NCBI GenBank assembly: GCA_964188305.1
Contig: OZ076889.1
Strand: one strand, 5' to 3'
DNA: 64,000 nucleotides
DNA from: Podarcis bocagei
Taxonomy: Eukaryota
Under the pieces are notes generated by a model. It had not been told where the DNA came from. It ran no database searches and was given only the letters and a program-made list of their open reading frames with translations. Below, one piece after another: positions 63,695-64,000 of this stretch. Position 1 is the first letter of the stretch; every line of letters starts with the position of its first letter. The position numbers were made by a program, and so were the translations under genes.

Positions 63695-64000
63695 CCCCTG
63701 CCTACTACCGACATGTGTCCATCAGAAGGGTGCCCAGAAGAAACTGCGACCCTTGGGCTGAGAAAGGTTCCCTAGCCCTGCAGCAGAAATAAAAAAAGAT
63801 TACTATTTTCATAGAGGATGCAGAATATGCAAGTTATAAGAATTTTAGCAAGCAAAGGAAGTGGTGTTTAAAAACATTCTAAAAGAAAGTAATAGAAAAT
63901 TACAATCTAAATGCAGGCTTCAAGAATGGGCCTTTTCTCAGTTTCCTTATTTTGTCATCAGACCAATTAGGATCATTTAAACATATCAGATATAGAATCA

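Larger units (their letters stand above)
62776..63780. mobile_element. Old hAT (Charlie-like) MITE, host of nested insertions
   Basis: Ends CAGGAGTGGGGAACT / AGGTTCCCTAGCCCTG; the right part resembles the fragment at about 52770-52869. Confidence 0.72.

Noticed and set aside
63019-63792. Cluster of 60-127 aa ORFs on both strands
   Set aside because: Explained by GC-rich nested MITE and L2 sequence.
1-64000. Prokaryotic-type systems (CRISPR arrays, operons, defence islands)
   Set aside because: No regularly spaced repeat-spacer array, very low coding density, and vertebrate transposons throughout.

Overview
This is vertebrate, not prokaryotic, DNA. The repeat content (Sauria SINEs, Bov-B RTE LINE, CR1, L2, hAT and Tc1/mariner MITEs) points to a squamate reptile, probably a lacertid lizard (inferred from repeat families only). 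I found no supportable host protein-coding gene, RNA gene or CRISPR array. All recognisable peptides in the ORF track are fragments of retrotransposon RT or endonuclease domains. The window looks like a gene desert or large intron: transposon remnants (several with clear TIRs and TSDs, several nested), microsatellites, and unique repeat-free blocks that may be conserved non-coding elements. I cannot claim a new biological system. The best leads are: (i) a 430-bp TSD-flanked solo-LTR-like element with a frame open from its first base into an Arg-rich peptide (34732-35161); (ii) two L2 copies 5'-truncated at the same nucleotide, one with an 18-bp triplicated junction; (iii) a three-level transposon nest at 62776-63780; (iv) a 29-bp duplication that doubles a CTCF-like motif. 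Family names are from visual recognition, not database searches, and boundaries of old elements are approximate.
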